Shown piece after piece: positions 12,996 through 25,621 of a DNA stretch of 64,000 nt. The DNA comes from Trichosphaerium sp. ATCC 40318 (Eukaryota; Protista; Tubulinea). The stretch covers positions 1,116,001 to 1,180,000 of the forward strand of contig JALMLS010000322.1 of NCBI GenBank assembly GCA_038496445.1, written 5' to 3'. Both the position numbers and the translations under genes were made by a program. Below the pieces are notes generated by a model. The model saw only the letters and a list, made by a program, of their open reading frames with translations. It did not search any database and was not told the DNA's origin. Numbering within the stretch: the stretch's first letter is position 1; the number at the start of each line of letters is the position of its first letter.

Positions 12996-15900
12996 TCAGT
13001 CAGAGCTGGGTTCAACACTCTCCTCTTCTTTGACATCGGTCATTTCGACATCTTTGTCTGAGTCTGATTTGGCATTGGCGTCACCATCATCGCTGTCCTC
13101 ATCGTCGAAACTAGGTTCGTCATCGTCATTGTCTGCGTCAGTTTTTTGTTTTGGATTACTACTCTTTTTCTTGATTGTGATGGACTTTCTCTTTTTGGTA
13201 TCGACCTTTGTCAATTTAAGTTTTGTCTGTTTTTTCTTTGTATTCGGCGAAGGCTTTGACCCACCATTCAACGACACTGGAGAATGCTTGACCTTGGGCA
13301 TGGTCGGTTGTGTAACGCCTGAAGGCACTGAAAATTGCAAGGTTCGTGCTGCTTCACCTCGTAGGTAGGCATCACTCGCTGTATTGATTGCACGAAGCAC
13401 ACGTATGCACCGTTTATTGAGTAGGGAGGCAGATGGGAATGAATCAAGTGCGTACAGCGCTAAAGCTTACGTGAGAAGAAGTTCTGATGTGCAAGAACAA
13501 AACTGAGAAGAAGTTTTCTGAATTGATGTGCGAGAACAAAACCGGTCACGTACTTTTTGCTTTCTGTGTCGCCAAGTTTGCATCAAAATTTTCCTTCTGC
13601 TCACTCTTTAATTTGTCCAACTCCTTTGACGAAAAACTATCAGTACACGTGTTTTTAAAGAAAAAGGGATAAGAACATACCAAAGGAATATTAGCGGACT
13701 GCTTCTTTTGTACAAGTTGTTCAAAAGCAGGTCCTGAGAAGTTGAGCGTAGCGTCGTCCTTTAATTTCAGTATCTGACCAAATCCATGCTTGTAAAACGC
13801 ACAAAGTAGACTTTTATCATGTGGCTGAGACTCCCACCACCAAACAGGAGGTTTCAACTAAACATTAAAAGTCAACCAACATTTGTAGGTAAAAAAAATA
13901 GATTATTTTGGAGTACCCTGAGGATTGGGATTTGCTTGAGTTTACTCAAGTTTGGTCCAAACGTCTTGAAGACGCCCTGTAGGTCGTTCAATACGGCCAA
14001 TCTATTGCTCCACGTGGATGATGCACGTGATGCCATTTTAACAAAATCCTAAAAAAGTGTGAGTGGCCTGCGCCAGTCTAGATTATACCCAACTAAAAAA
14101 CTGCAAATGGGTTCTTATTAACGAGAATCGTACATCTGTTTTGAGGACAGCGTGAGTCTCTACCTTTACAACCAGTTTAGGTTTAGGCGACTGCTTTAGC
14201 TGGTTGCAAACGAGCTGGTACGATGAAATCTCGTATGTTCCCGGGAATCCAGGCAAGTCTAAAGTGAGTGTCTTTGTGTCCTTGTTGATGATGTTGTGAT
14301 CCATCAGAAACGGAGTGCCATTAGGTTCTGTCTCTGGTTTGTATTTGACCAATAAAAATCTAGTCTCACTACCCCAAGTCTTATCTTCTTCCTCTTCTTC
14401 AATAATCCTATCAGAACCGCGTAAGTCTCGTGCAACAAGGTGTAACACAACAGGGTAATAAATAAAGAGTGATTGTAGCGTACTTTACAGTAAGTTTAGC
14501 TCCTGGTTTAATTGTTGGCGATTCCTCTTTAGTGGCATTACCGTTGATTGATACAACCTACACACGCTCTCTGTCAGCGAACGGGACTAAAAAAAGCAAT
14601 ATTGAGGAGTGTTGTTGTTTGTGCGTACCGATGCACTGCTGAACGTTGATGACGTTGGCATTTCTCCTTTAGAAAGTATATTGGCAACAGCACTTTCAAG
14701 TTCTTGTCTTGCCTGTTTGTGCAATATCTGAAAAAAAAAGATTGTAAGTTGATTTGTGTGAATTCATTGACCGCTAAGCGAGACAAGAGAAAAAAAACTG
14801 AAAAAGCGTACAGTACAGAGCGTGCCAAAGAACGTCTTCTTGCCATCAAGTACCAACCCGTTTTTTTTCTTTGCTGTTGTTGTGTCGGGTTTGACGTCAG
14901 TTTTTTTCTGTTCCTTGGTTGACTCTGTCTTTTTGTTCTGTCCGTTGGAGGTTGTGTCCTCCACTTTCTTTTTGTCGTCGCCTTTTGCATCATCCTTTTT
15001 TTGTTCTGTCTTGTCAGATTTGGGTTTAGCCTTAGGCGGTGACGGTTGCACAAAGCGAACACCGTTGAAAAAGGCAGCAATCGTGTTCTGTGCAAAAGTG
15101 ATGACCTCATCCTGCGTTATCGCCTTTAAGATGTTGCCCTCACGCATGATAGTATCCCAACGTCCATAACCATACTTTAAGAGCTCTTTACGGAGGTTTT
15201 CTCGCTGTTTTTTGCTCCAAAGGGTCTCAGGCGGAGGTGCTTTCGTCTTTTGCTTTTTCTTTGCAGGCAATACGAAATCTTTGTCGTTTGCGTTTGATTT
15301 ATCGTTGTACACGTTGCCTTCTTTGTAATACCGCTTGCGCTTACGCTTTGAAGAAATTGTAGCTTGCAAGGTACGCGCTCTGAGCTGTTCCTCCGGGGTA
15401 AAGGCAGAACTAATGGTGACAAGGGTGAGGAGGTGCGACACTTCAGTCATAGGACCGTCCGCTATAAATAGTTGGTTAAAAACAAAGCCTTTACAGAAGT
15501 GCCATGTGGCAAGACGTACAACCAAAGGCAGAACGTGTCTCCACAGCGAGCTTGGCCCTGGCTATCAAGGTCTCAACATCAGTGAAAAATTTGGTCTTTG
15601 ACTCAAGTGTGTTGAGAGAGCCATCCTTGATCTGCCCAAGCAACATTGATGCGCTCTTGTATTCCGGTAGGACCTTACTCCAGAATTCAGGATCGTCGTA
15701 ATCGATCATATCTTCTTCATTAGCTACGAAGCTAGCTTTTGAAAAGTTGATTTGACTTTGACTGCCTACCACAAGATTTAATCAGAAAATAAAAAAAAAC
15801 AGGATAAAAAAGCGAATATTGACGCATTCGTACTCTCTGCTTTTGTTGGATCGTATACGACCTTCACACCACGTTGTAGGATATTGGCAATGTCTTCAGA

Positions 15901-18900
15901 AAGCATAGCCTGTTCTAGAGCCTCTTCGTCCTCTTCAGTTTGTGAGAAGAGATGATAGGCACCATGCTAGATACGAACGCACAAACATTAGCAACATACG
16001 AACAAATTCTCAGCTGTACGTACCTTTAAGAGATTATCAATCTCCTTGGCAGCTAGCGGTGTGTTGCCACCAGTGCCGAGAATGGCTTGGTTGAGACCAA
16101 GCTTCTTAGAGGCAATGGCAAACATCTTGGCTTCATAGGTCCGTCGAGTGATGAGGCGATACACCTTAACGTCCTTTTTTTGTCCAATTCTGTGACAACG
16201 AGCCTAGCCAAACAAAGTGAGTTGATATCAACTTTTGATAGAGCCTAAAATACCTGAGCTTGCAAATCATTTTGTGGATTCCAATCGGAATCAAAGATGA
16301 TTACAGTGTCCGCGGCAATGAGATTAAGTCCAAGCCCACCGGCACGTGTTGACAAGAGGAACAAAAAGCTGTCGCCACCTTCTCTGCTTTCGCCCTTGGT
16401 AAAGCGGTTGATTGCAGCTTTGCGATCCTCTCTGGATACACTACCGTCCAATCGCTCATATGCATATTCGCGATGTGATGCGTAATCCTCGATGATATCC
16501 AAGACGATTCGCATTTGAGAAAAGATGAGAACCTGAAACACGCAAGTCAACAAACAACTATTTGTCACCAGGTGCTGTTTTAACGTTACCTTGTGATTCT
16601 CTTTTTGTAGTCTAGGTAAGAGCTTGTCTAGAAGGACCATCTTTGCTGATGATCGTATGAGAAGCTCAGAGATCTCGGTAGAGCTGGACAAGTCCTTTGA
16701 CATTTTATCCTCAGCGCCCTTTATCAAGAACGGGTGACAACACAATTTACGCAATTCCATGAGGGTGTTCATCAAGGAGGGACCTTTAGAACCCATGCTT
16801 AAAAAGTCTCTGTTGCGCTCAGTAATGGCACGGTAGTATTGCTAAAAAAAAAACCACGGTTAACAATCGATAATTTGTTTCCTTTCCTGGGTACCTTCTG
16901 TATGCGCGTCAATTCGACTTCAATCACTGTCTCCTCTTTCATTGGCAACGTCTTTTCAACGTCTTCTTTAACTCGACGAAGAATATAAGGAGCGAGTGCC
17001 TTTTGTAATCTCTTTACTTCTTTGCTGGTTTCCACGTTTCCAAACTTGCGTTGAAAGTCTTCATACGTCGGAAATTTGCTTGGATGCAGAAAGTACAACA
17101 TTGCCCAAAGCTCTTCTATGTTGTTTTGTATAGGTGTACCAGTTAATAGAAGATAACTATATATCACAGTCAGCAAACATGACCAACTAAGGGTACTAGA
17201 CGTGCGTATCCACTCGAAAGCCATCCATAAGAGTCTCAAAAAGCTTGGAGCGCATGTTCTTCATTCTGTGCGCTTCGTCAATAACGACGTACTTCCAAAA
17301 CGGTTTGGACAATGCCTCCTCGTCTTGAATTATCTACATACAACACATAAGACAGAAACAAGGTGTAGCAATTACTTACCAGTTCATAGGTGGTAATCAG
17401 AACATTGAATTTGTACAAGTTCTGTACACCATGCTGTTCATTCAATTCGTACTCCCTCAATCTGTCTAGGGTTGGCGTAAAAAATGTAGTTTTTTCAGTG
17501 GTTGGGGCCAGTATAGTACCTCGTGCAGCTCTACGGCCATGATAGACGAGAACGTCAAGATCCGTCCACGTCTCAATTTCGCTTCGCCATTGGTCTACAC
17601 AGGACAGCGGGCTCACTACCAGGAAGGGACCACGCATCTAATACATCCAATATTAGATAAACACACGTATAGTTGACATCAAAACCGCGAACGTACTCCA
17701 AGATTGCGATGCAGGTACGAAAGCATGGAGATTGCTTGGATTGTCTTACCCAGGCCCTAAACAAAAGAATGAATAAACCAACGGAAATAATAATTAGTCT
17801 AATGACAAGCTCTAGAGCCAAATGCTCTCAGTAATTTTTAAATAACGTACCATTTCATCAGCAAGTATGGTGTTTCTCGTGTTTAGATATGAAAACACAA
17901 GCCATTCATAGCCTTCTACTTGATAATCCCTGAGTACAAGATCTGGTCTTGCAAACTCTGGCACTGAATTATCACGTTTCCATGCTGCCATTGGTTTTTT
18001 GCGTGGTTGCTTTACAGCCAAGTATTTCAGTTCCGATTCGTCAGGCAGCTCAGATCGCTCTTTCCATTTCTTCACCCTTTTGAGAACGTGTTAATAATTA
18101 TCTCGTATTGCAGATGGCGGGCTATAAAAACCGAGAATGAAAACAAAAAAGAGTTGCCAACTTACACTTTTGGGAAGTGTTTGTCAATATCGTTCTTTGG
18201 CTCCCAATACACTTCTTCGTAATCCATTTTTTCGAATTTACACAGGTACTCCACATTATCGCCATCGCCTACGTAGTGTTGTTACTAACGGTGATGGAGC
18301 GCGCGAATAAGATGAACAAACCTTCTTCTGCCATAATTTGTTCAACCTTAGCGAGTGCCGAATCAAAGAGAGGATCGTCCTCCCCTCTTGCAGCTGTACT
18401 CTTTTTATACGCTGCGATTCTGTTCTTTCCGTTAGAATACTCCAAGGCAGCCTCTTTAGTGATCCACTCCAAGTGTCGATAAGAAGTGTCATCGTATTTT
18501 ACAAGGTACTCGACAACGCTACAAAAAAAAAAAGGGTGAGACATTTTTGTAAATTTTACTTTTTTTTTTGAAAAGGTGCCATACTCTTCATCTCCTACTC
18601 TTCTGTCGAAAATCTTGTGAAGCTTACATCCATCATCTTCCATACGATCGCTTTCAGAATCGGAAGAGTCTTCCTCAGGTTCATCTTCTCTTTCAGAATC
18701 CCAAGACGAAGACGAATCCGAGTAATACTTGTAGGCAGGTTTTTCACTTTCGGTGTCGGTCTCGGTTCTTCTTGTTGTGATGACCTTGCGCACCTTTATT
18801 GGTGCTTTCTTTTTTGGCTTCTCCACAGTCTTTTTTTTCTTCTTGGGCTTCTTTGGCTTCTTCGGCTTCTTGAGTTTTTTAATCTTTATTTTCTAGGGAA

Positions 18901-19409
18901 ATAGGTAACTCTTGTGTGGGTACGAGCGCACGTGCGGCCAAATAGTACCTTTGTGTTTGCTTTTTTTTTCAAAGGCGAATACTCCTCATCGGAAGCCTCT
19001 GATCCCTCACCAACCACCCAGTCCCCTGGAGTTTCTTCCCCATCGTCGGTTTTTGGGTTTTTGGAAGGTCTAAACAAAAAGCAATCAGCAAACTACGTAA
19101 TAAACGCTCTGTGCTTTTTGTCGTTCTAACCTCTTTACTTTAATCTTCGATTTAGTGGCCCTAACGCATGTGTGAGCGAACAGCAATTTTATTCGAAGGT
19201 AAAAAATGCCGCGGTTTTCATTTTCTTCGATGGCAGCATAACTGTAACGGCTGAGCATGTTACCTTGGTTTTTTTGGCTTTTTAGCTTTTTTCTGTCGTT
19301 TTGGAGGAGGTTCGGCGGTTTCTTCATCTTCAGGGTCTGCGTAACTAACAACACGCCTCTTTCGCGTGCTTCTCCGCCCTCCGGTAGTTATTGCGAGTTG
19401 GTCCGTCAT
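12996..19409 (-). CDS. CHD chromatin remodeller (tandem chromodomains, SNF2 ATPase, SANT/SLIDE; CHD6-9-like)
   Basis: Chromodomain '[17 protein letters not shown]'; '[10 protein letters not shown]', 'TILADEM', '[11 protein letters not shown]', '[35 protein letters not shown]'; 'KYGYGRW' and 'PVWWW...DKSLL..FYKHG'. The start MTDQLAI at 19409 is inferred. Confidence 0.92.
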
Positions 19410-19532
19410 TTCTGACAAAGCTTAGTATAGTTGCAGGATGTACTTATTCTGCTGCTTCAACTCGAGCAGTGTCACCAATTGGCGCGGTTTTAGTTCAACT
19501 GCTGTACAGTTATTTTGAGCGAAATTTTAGAC

Positions 19533-21201
19533 CATGCCAAACTCCATTGACCGTTTTGAAATGCACCCTCTGACACATTCAAAAGTCTTAAAACAACGCC
19601 CCGAGCCAATTACACAATGCGTTCTTCACTGAGGCCTTACAAGGCCGTTAATAAGCGCCCATTTGCGCCAGTGCTTGTTGTGTATATCATTACGTTAGCA
19701 TTGCTGTGTACTACACTGTACAAAGCGTAACCGCTGATTTGGTTTATGTAGCACGTATAATTTACTACGCTGCTACCTGCAAGCAGAAGCCTCAGTACAG
19801 TTATTGCATTGAAGGAGAAAAAGCAAGCCCATACTTTGTCTGTGCGCGATACAGAAGCCACAATGTAGCTTACCAAGCGTAGACAATTACATAGTTAACT
19901 TCGGGCACGTTTATTTCATTGATGCGGTTACAAGGGTCACCAGGAGCCCCTATCAAATCGTAGAGACCTACATCAGCAAGTTTTGGGGTACTATCCTCGT
20001 TATTGGTGCGTTTACGAGCCTCCAATCAGCCACGTCTTACATCATTTCTTAGACAAGGACTTGATGACAACAACACGTGACGAATCTCATTACCACGAGG
20101 TGCGCCTTATGTCCCCACAAAACACAAGAGGGATCATCGTAGCAGGTATCCAATTGTATGTTTTGACGTGCAACGTAGATGATAGCACATGTCCCTCTCG
20201 CTTACATACCAGGAGCATCGACGGCTCTTGTTATTGGAGGTGGAGATGGTGGTACCTTACAACAAATGATAAAACACACAACGTTACATGCTACCTTGGT
20301 CGACATAGACAGGGCTGTACGGCGTTCTAACTAGTTTGATGTTTCCAAAAAACATGTGGCTCATTACCCAAAAATAGGTGATATCCCTGTCAAAGAAGTA
20401 TTTGCCACACCTGAGAACTGGCTTTGATAGTTCAAGATCAACAGTCATCAATGCTGAAGGAGCTGGTTGGATCAAGAAGAGAAAGGCAGAAAAACCACCA
20501 CGTACATATTAGGTCTATATATCGGTACAATTGCTCACGAAAATACCAGGCAAGTTCAACGTCATAGCTGTAGACTCGACAGACTATGGCCAAGCCACAA
20601 CACTGTTTACAGACGCTTTCTACAGCGACCTTAAGGATCTGCTAAAACCAGGTACTATATCCCTCCAGTGACGTTACGCCATGCTCTAACAAGTGATTGC
20701 ACGGTCAGGTGGCATCATAGTACGCAACATTGACTCGGGTGCAGTAGGATTACATTCGCTTCAAAAGGCGTACCAACACTACAGTGAGATGTTTAAGCAC
20801 GTGTACTTCTTTAACTCGTACATCTCAACATATATATCCGGTCATTACTCTTTTGTGTTCCTGAGCGACGACGTTCATCCATTCAATACAAAGGTAAGCA
20901 AAAGCACAACTGCTTTTATTTTACCTGTTTGGTTTTTCTTTGCTGAAAGACAATGTCAAGGTGGATTGGAGCAGGTTCACACCTGACCTTGGGAAAATGA
21001 AGTACTACAGCAAAGGTAAGCTTTCGGGCCCAAAAAAACCAAACAACAACAACATCAAACGCTTCATTAAAAACAAGTGTGAGCTTACTTGTAGTAGAAA
21101 CACATTACGCGTGTTTTGTGCAACCTGCGTTTGTCCAAGCGATTATGAACTCTAAACTGGAGTGGGCACAACTTTCAAATTCAACTTTGCCTGGGACGTG
21201 A
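19533..21201 (+). CDS. Spermidine/spermine synthase family aminopropyltransferase (5' exons uncertain)
   Basis: 'DLMTTTRDESHYHE', 'MIAHVPL..ALVIGGGDGG', 'LVDIDR', 'FNVIAVDSTD', 'LLKPGG'; stop TGA at 21199-21201. Confidence 0.8.
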
Positions 21202-21535
21202 AACTAGCGCGTGGGAGCTCGTCACATAGTGTATATTAATTCAAAAAATTTTTGTTTGTGGCAAAAAAGCAGCAAAGCTAAAACGAAAAATCGAAAAGCC
21301 AAATGAGGTATATTGTCACCGCATTTGTTTGTGTTTTTACTTGTTTAAATACATGCATTGTTCAAGTACTGGACACTTTTTGCATTGACCCAGGTTGGTC
21401 TGTGGGTGGTCAAGAATGCTTCATTGTGGCAGTTTTTTTTGGGAGATTTTCGAATGACAGCAAAGTGCTCCTAATTGTGACCAACAAACCTCCAAACAAA
21501 ATTTTCGATAGAGTAGCGCTGTTTGGCGGCGTTGT

Positions 21536-24500
21536 ATGAGCAAATATTCGAAAATGCATAAAATATTGCCATTTAACAAAGTAAGAGAAGCTGTGTCTGG
21601 AGACAGGCGTAGACATCAAGGAAATGGATATGACTTGGATCTCACGTATATTGAAGATAACATAATTGGTAAATTACAACGTTTTGCAGGCTATCTTTTG
21701 ACGTTGTTTAATTGCGAATTGTAGCCATGTCGTTCCCAGCGGCGGGGATCGAGGCTGCTTGGCGAAACCACATTGATCACGTTGTTAACTTTCTCAAAAA
21801 GGCTCACGGCCAGAATTTTATGATTTGGAACCTATCAGAGCGAACATACGATTTTGACAAATTCGACAACCAGGTACATTTTTATTTCATAAATAAACCT
21901 TGAGCACGCATGAGAGGCTTTTGAGGACACTTTTGAGCGCTTGTGGCTTACTTAAGCACAGATCCTGCATCTGCCTTTCCCTGATCATCACCCACCTCCA
22001 TTAACACGTCTATTTCAAATTGTACAAACAACAGACAACTGGATAAGGGCCGACAAGCGAAATGTCTGTGTAATACACTGTGTGGTACGTAATTTTATTG
22101 ACATGGCGTCACAAAATTCGACCTACGCGTCGTCATTGAGCTCGCGCGCTTTTCTATTTTTTGGGTGACACTTGAACCGATATTATTTATCACAATAGAA
22201 AAAAAAAAACAAAAAAAAAAAGATTACAACGTATTTATTTTACACGTTGCCAGTAGCATGTCAGTACTCGTATTTGCCGGGTATTTTTTTTTTTGTTTTG
22301 CCTTACAAAAAAAAATTTAGGGAGGTAAAGGAAGAACAGGAACAGTAATATCCGCCTGTCTTTTCTTCAGTGGCAAGTATTCTACTATAAATGATGCCAT
22401 TGAGCACTTTGCGCGACAAAGATCAGCAGCCGGACGAGGCGTGACACAACCTAGCCAACGCCGATACATACAATACTTTGCCAAGGTCCTCACACAGATG
22501 AAACCCGTGCGCTTGACGGAAATACGATTAGTGCACGTGGCCGTAGGACCCGTGAGTGCCAATAAGGTACAATCCCGAAATTTCGTGTTTACCCAAATTT
22601 CGTTTGTACAAAGTAACTGCGCCATTACTACTACGAGTCCGATACACACCTAAAATCCGTTTCAGACAAAATTACCCATTTTATATGATACGGCCCGCTA
22701 GCGAACAAAAAAAAAGAATTAATCACGTTTTCTAGGAGTACGGTTTGGAGGTTTACGACTCGCCTTATCTTGGTAAACTGCTGTATATGTCCTATCCTGG
22801 CCCTTCAGCGTTATTAAATTTTAATATAAATATCGATGTCAAAGGCGATATTTACATAAAGGTCCGTTACTTTCTTGGCTGTTTTTTTCCTCTCCTGTGA
22901 GTGTTGTGCTAACTTTTTAATTCTCGTTCAGTTCACAGAAAAGAGCGCCAAACACACAAAAAAGGATCGCTTCTTTATTGTTATGCACGCTTCATTTGTT
23001 AGTCAGAAGCATTATCACTTTAATAAACGAAATCTGGACACCCTTGAATTTGATAAAAAGTACGCTTTATTGAAGGCGACCTCAACTCCTGTCCGACCTT
23101 ATAGGGCCACCATTAATCGACTGTTTAGGTTCGCGGATAATCTTTCTGTTGGCATTAAATTTGGGCCACCACAGAGTCCAAGTGCCGAACCTGAAGTGGA
23201 CAAAGTCATCGAAACAATGCGAAATGTAATCAGCCCCACATTTCGTCACAGCTGCAACCACTAATATTCCTTTTAGAGGTACTTGGAAGAGAAGAGCAAC
23301 GAGCGAGAGAGGTCATCATACGTCCATGGCAATGGCGTAGAGCAACCAGCCATGTCTGTTAATTACGTAGACCCACCCCCATTTGCACGTGAGGAAACAG
23401 AGCTCCCTCCTGATTCCTGGTCCAGGTACAAACACAATGCAACTTGATTTAGTCTGTAAAACCAAGTCCTGTCATTCATCTTTATCCGCACACCTAAACA
23501 CCAGAATATCCTCAATATTAATCACTGTTTGTAGAGCGAAGCCTAAAAAACGTGCAGATATTGGACCACCGCTACCTACAAAATTAATAAGTGTGAACGT
23601 GCGTGTGGTGAAAGCTGTTTTTTTTTTTTGAAAATAAGTAATTTCAGATTTTATGTTGAATTTGTATTCTACGCCGTTGAAATCACCTTACTGGTTTTAT
23701 TGTAGTCCACTAGCGATTTGCTTGCGAATGCCAATGTATCACGTGATCCACCACTGCTGGACGCTATAGAGCAAGACGAACGCGATTTTAACGAGCCATC
23801 ACAGCCTCTCAACCCACCACAGAACAGCTTCGCTGCCGCACAGTATAACAATATGCCTAATCAACGCAATTCACCAACAAGAGATCGTTCCAACGGATAC
23901 AGTCACAACAAGAGCGTAGCATATCCAGTTCCACTTGACACATTCTCCACAGCACTGCAAAAAATAGAAACACACAAACGTCGATTATCACAGCTAAACA
24001 GCGATCGGCCTGATATGTCAGGTACACGCAGCAACGACGCGCAAACCACCACTGGCGGAGTTAAAAACAACAGCGCCAGCAGGCGACAGATGACCAAGAG
24101 CAGCCAGTACGACAGTGCCATCAAAGCAAGGCCATCAGGCGCTTTGCGTTCGTCGTCACCGGCCACCCGCGCCAAAAGCACACAAATTTCACCTAAGAAA
24201 AAAGAGATGGCGACGCGTGTCCCTCCTTCCTCGGGGCGTGTTGCAACTAACCGCAACACTGCCCAAATATCGGTTGCTGGGACGCCGAAAGGGAACGCCA
24301 AGACGCCACGTTCTCAGACACCGTCCTCGCACTATGTCCAACTTTCAGAGCAGCTGCAAGCCAAACAAAAGGCTGTAGGCGCTGGAAAACAGAGCAGAGC
24401 TGCTAGGATAGCTGCGCTGCCTAAAGCTCAAGTGTTGTACAATTTTAAAGCCAAGTACCCTGAGGAAATTAGCATGGTATGTGCACGTGGCATACCCTTC

Positions 24501-24664
24501 TGTACGACTAACTTTTTATTGTTTAGCGCAGAGGAGATGTTGTTCGCATCACTTCTCGAGCATACGAGAATTGGTGGTTCGGCTATGTGCAGGGACAAGA
24601 CGCTCTTGCTGTTACAAAGACAGGGTACTTTCCTAGCAAATATGTACAAATACTGGATGCCTAA
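21536..24664 (+). CDS. PTEN/tensin-type phosphatase + C2 with C-terminal SH3 domain
   Basis: 'GYDLDLTYIEDNII.AMSFPA', 'FPDHHPPPL', P-loop 'HCV|GGKGRTG', 'TQPSQRRYIQYF'. The last exons read 'AQVLYNFKAKYPEEISM|RRGDVV...ENWWFG...GYFPSKYVQ' (SH3). Confidence 0.85.
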
Positions 24665-24908
24665 GATAACACCCGTCCGTTTCCCTTTCCTGTCTTGTGC
24701 TTTCCTTGTACTTTTAGAAAATTAATGCAGATATTAAAAGAAAAAAAATGAAACTAAAAAAAAAATACACAATGGCCGCTATTTGTGGTTTTTATAGATT
24801 ACAATATTTGCTTTATTTAATATACAACATTTTTTGTTTCTATTTTTCATTGTGGAGCAACAGATCCAAATACACGGACGACTGGTCCACGGACTTGTTT
24901 CAGTTTGA

Positions 24909-25439
24909 CTATTGTGCCTTTGAATACGTCCTGTTGCGGGGCTGAATGCCTGTATGTGACGTGTGGACTGTACTGGCGGCGCTGGCATCCAAAGTGTCGA
25001 GCAAGTTCCTGACATCTGTAATGAAGTGCCCAGCTGCAATCACGTGTTTTATGCGTTTTGCAAAGTGGTTGTGTCGCCGTTTCATGTTTGTTATGATAGC
25101 CCTGCCGTTATTGTACTTTCTTTCCAAGCTCGGCCAGACTGCTGAGAAATCGGAGATGAATGCAGCTGTATCGAAACCTATGCAATCGGGTCGTAAGTAA
25201 ATATCAACTGAAAATGCAACGATCGTACCAAGCCTAGTTGAGTAACAATCTAGAGTCAGATGAAGACCACCTTCTAGGCTAAGGATAACTACGTATAGTG
25301 GAGAGCTTTGTTGCATTGTATGTAGGTGTTTTGGCTTTGTGTGGTTAATGTACCGTTTCGCCACATTCATACATTGAGAAAACTCAACTCTTTTTCTACG
25401 ATGAAACGTAATCTGCCTATTCAATCGATCAAGTTGCAT
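24909..25439 (-). CDS. Hypothetical intronless 176-aa protein
   Basis: Long ATG-initiated ORF filling the gap between the PTEN-like gene and CDC73, with CCAAT 24 bp upstream. No motif recognised. Confidence 0.5.
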   Translation of the reverse strand: MQLDRLNRQITFHRRKRVEFSQCMNVAKRYINHTKPKHLHTMQQSSPLYVVILSLEGGLHLTLDCYSTRLGTIVAFSVDIYLRPDCIGFDTAAFISDFSAVWPSLERKYNNGRAIITNMKRRHNHFAKRIKHVIAAGHFITDVRNLLDTLDASAASTVHTSHTGIQPRNRTYSKAQ

Positions 25440-25621
25440 TAGTTATTGGCCAGTAAGTTAAACCAATCAGCGATCGTTAGGTGAACAAGATTCTTGAAAA
25501 ATGTAGGCAGTTAAAGAATAGAACGTGCTTAGAATGTTCGCAATTAAGTGACAGTAGCACGTTGGTCGTCTGTCTTCCCCTCAATTGCGTTACAAACACT
25601 TTCTTCAACAAGCAAGGCGCC

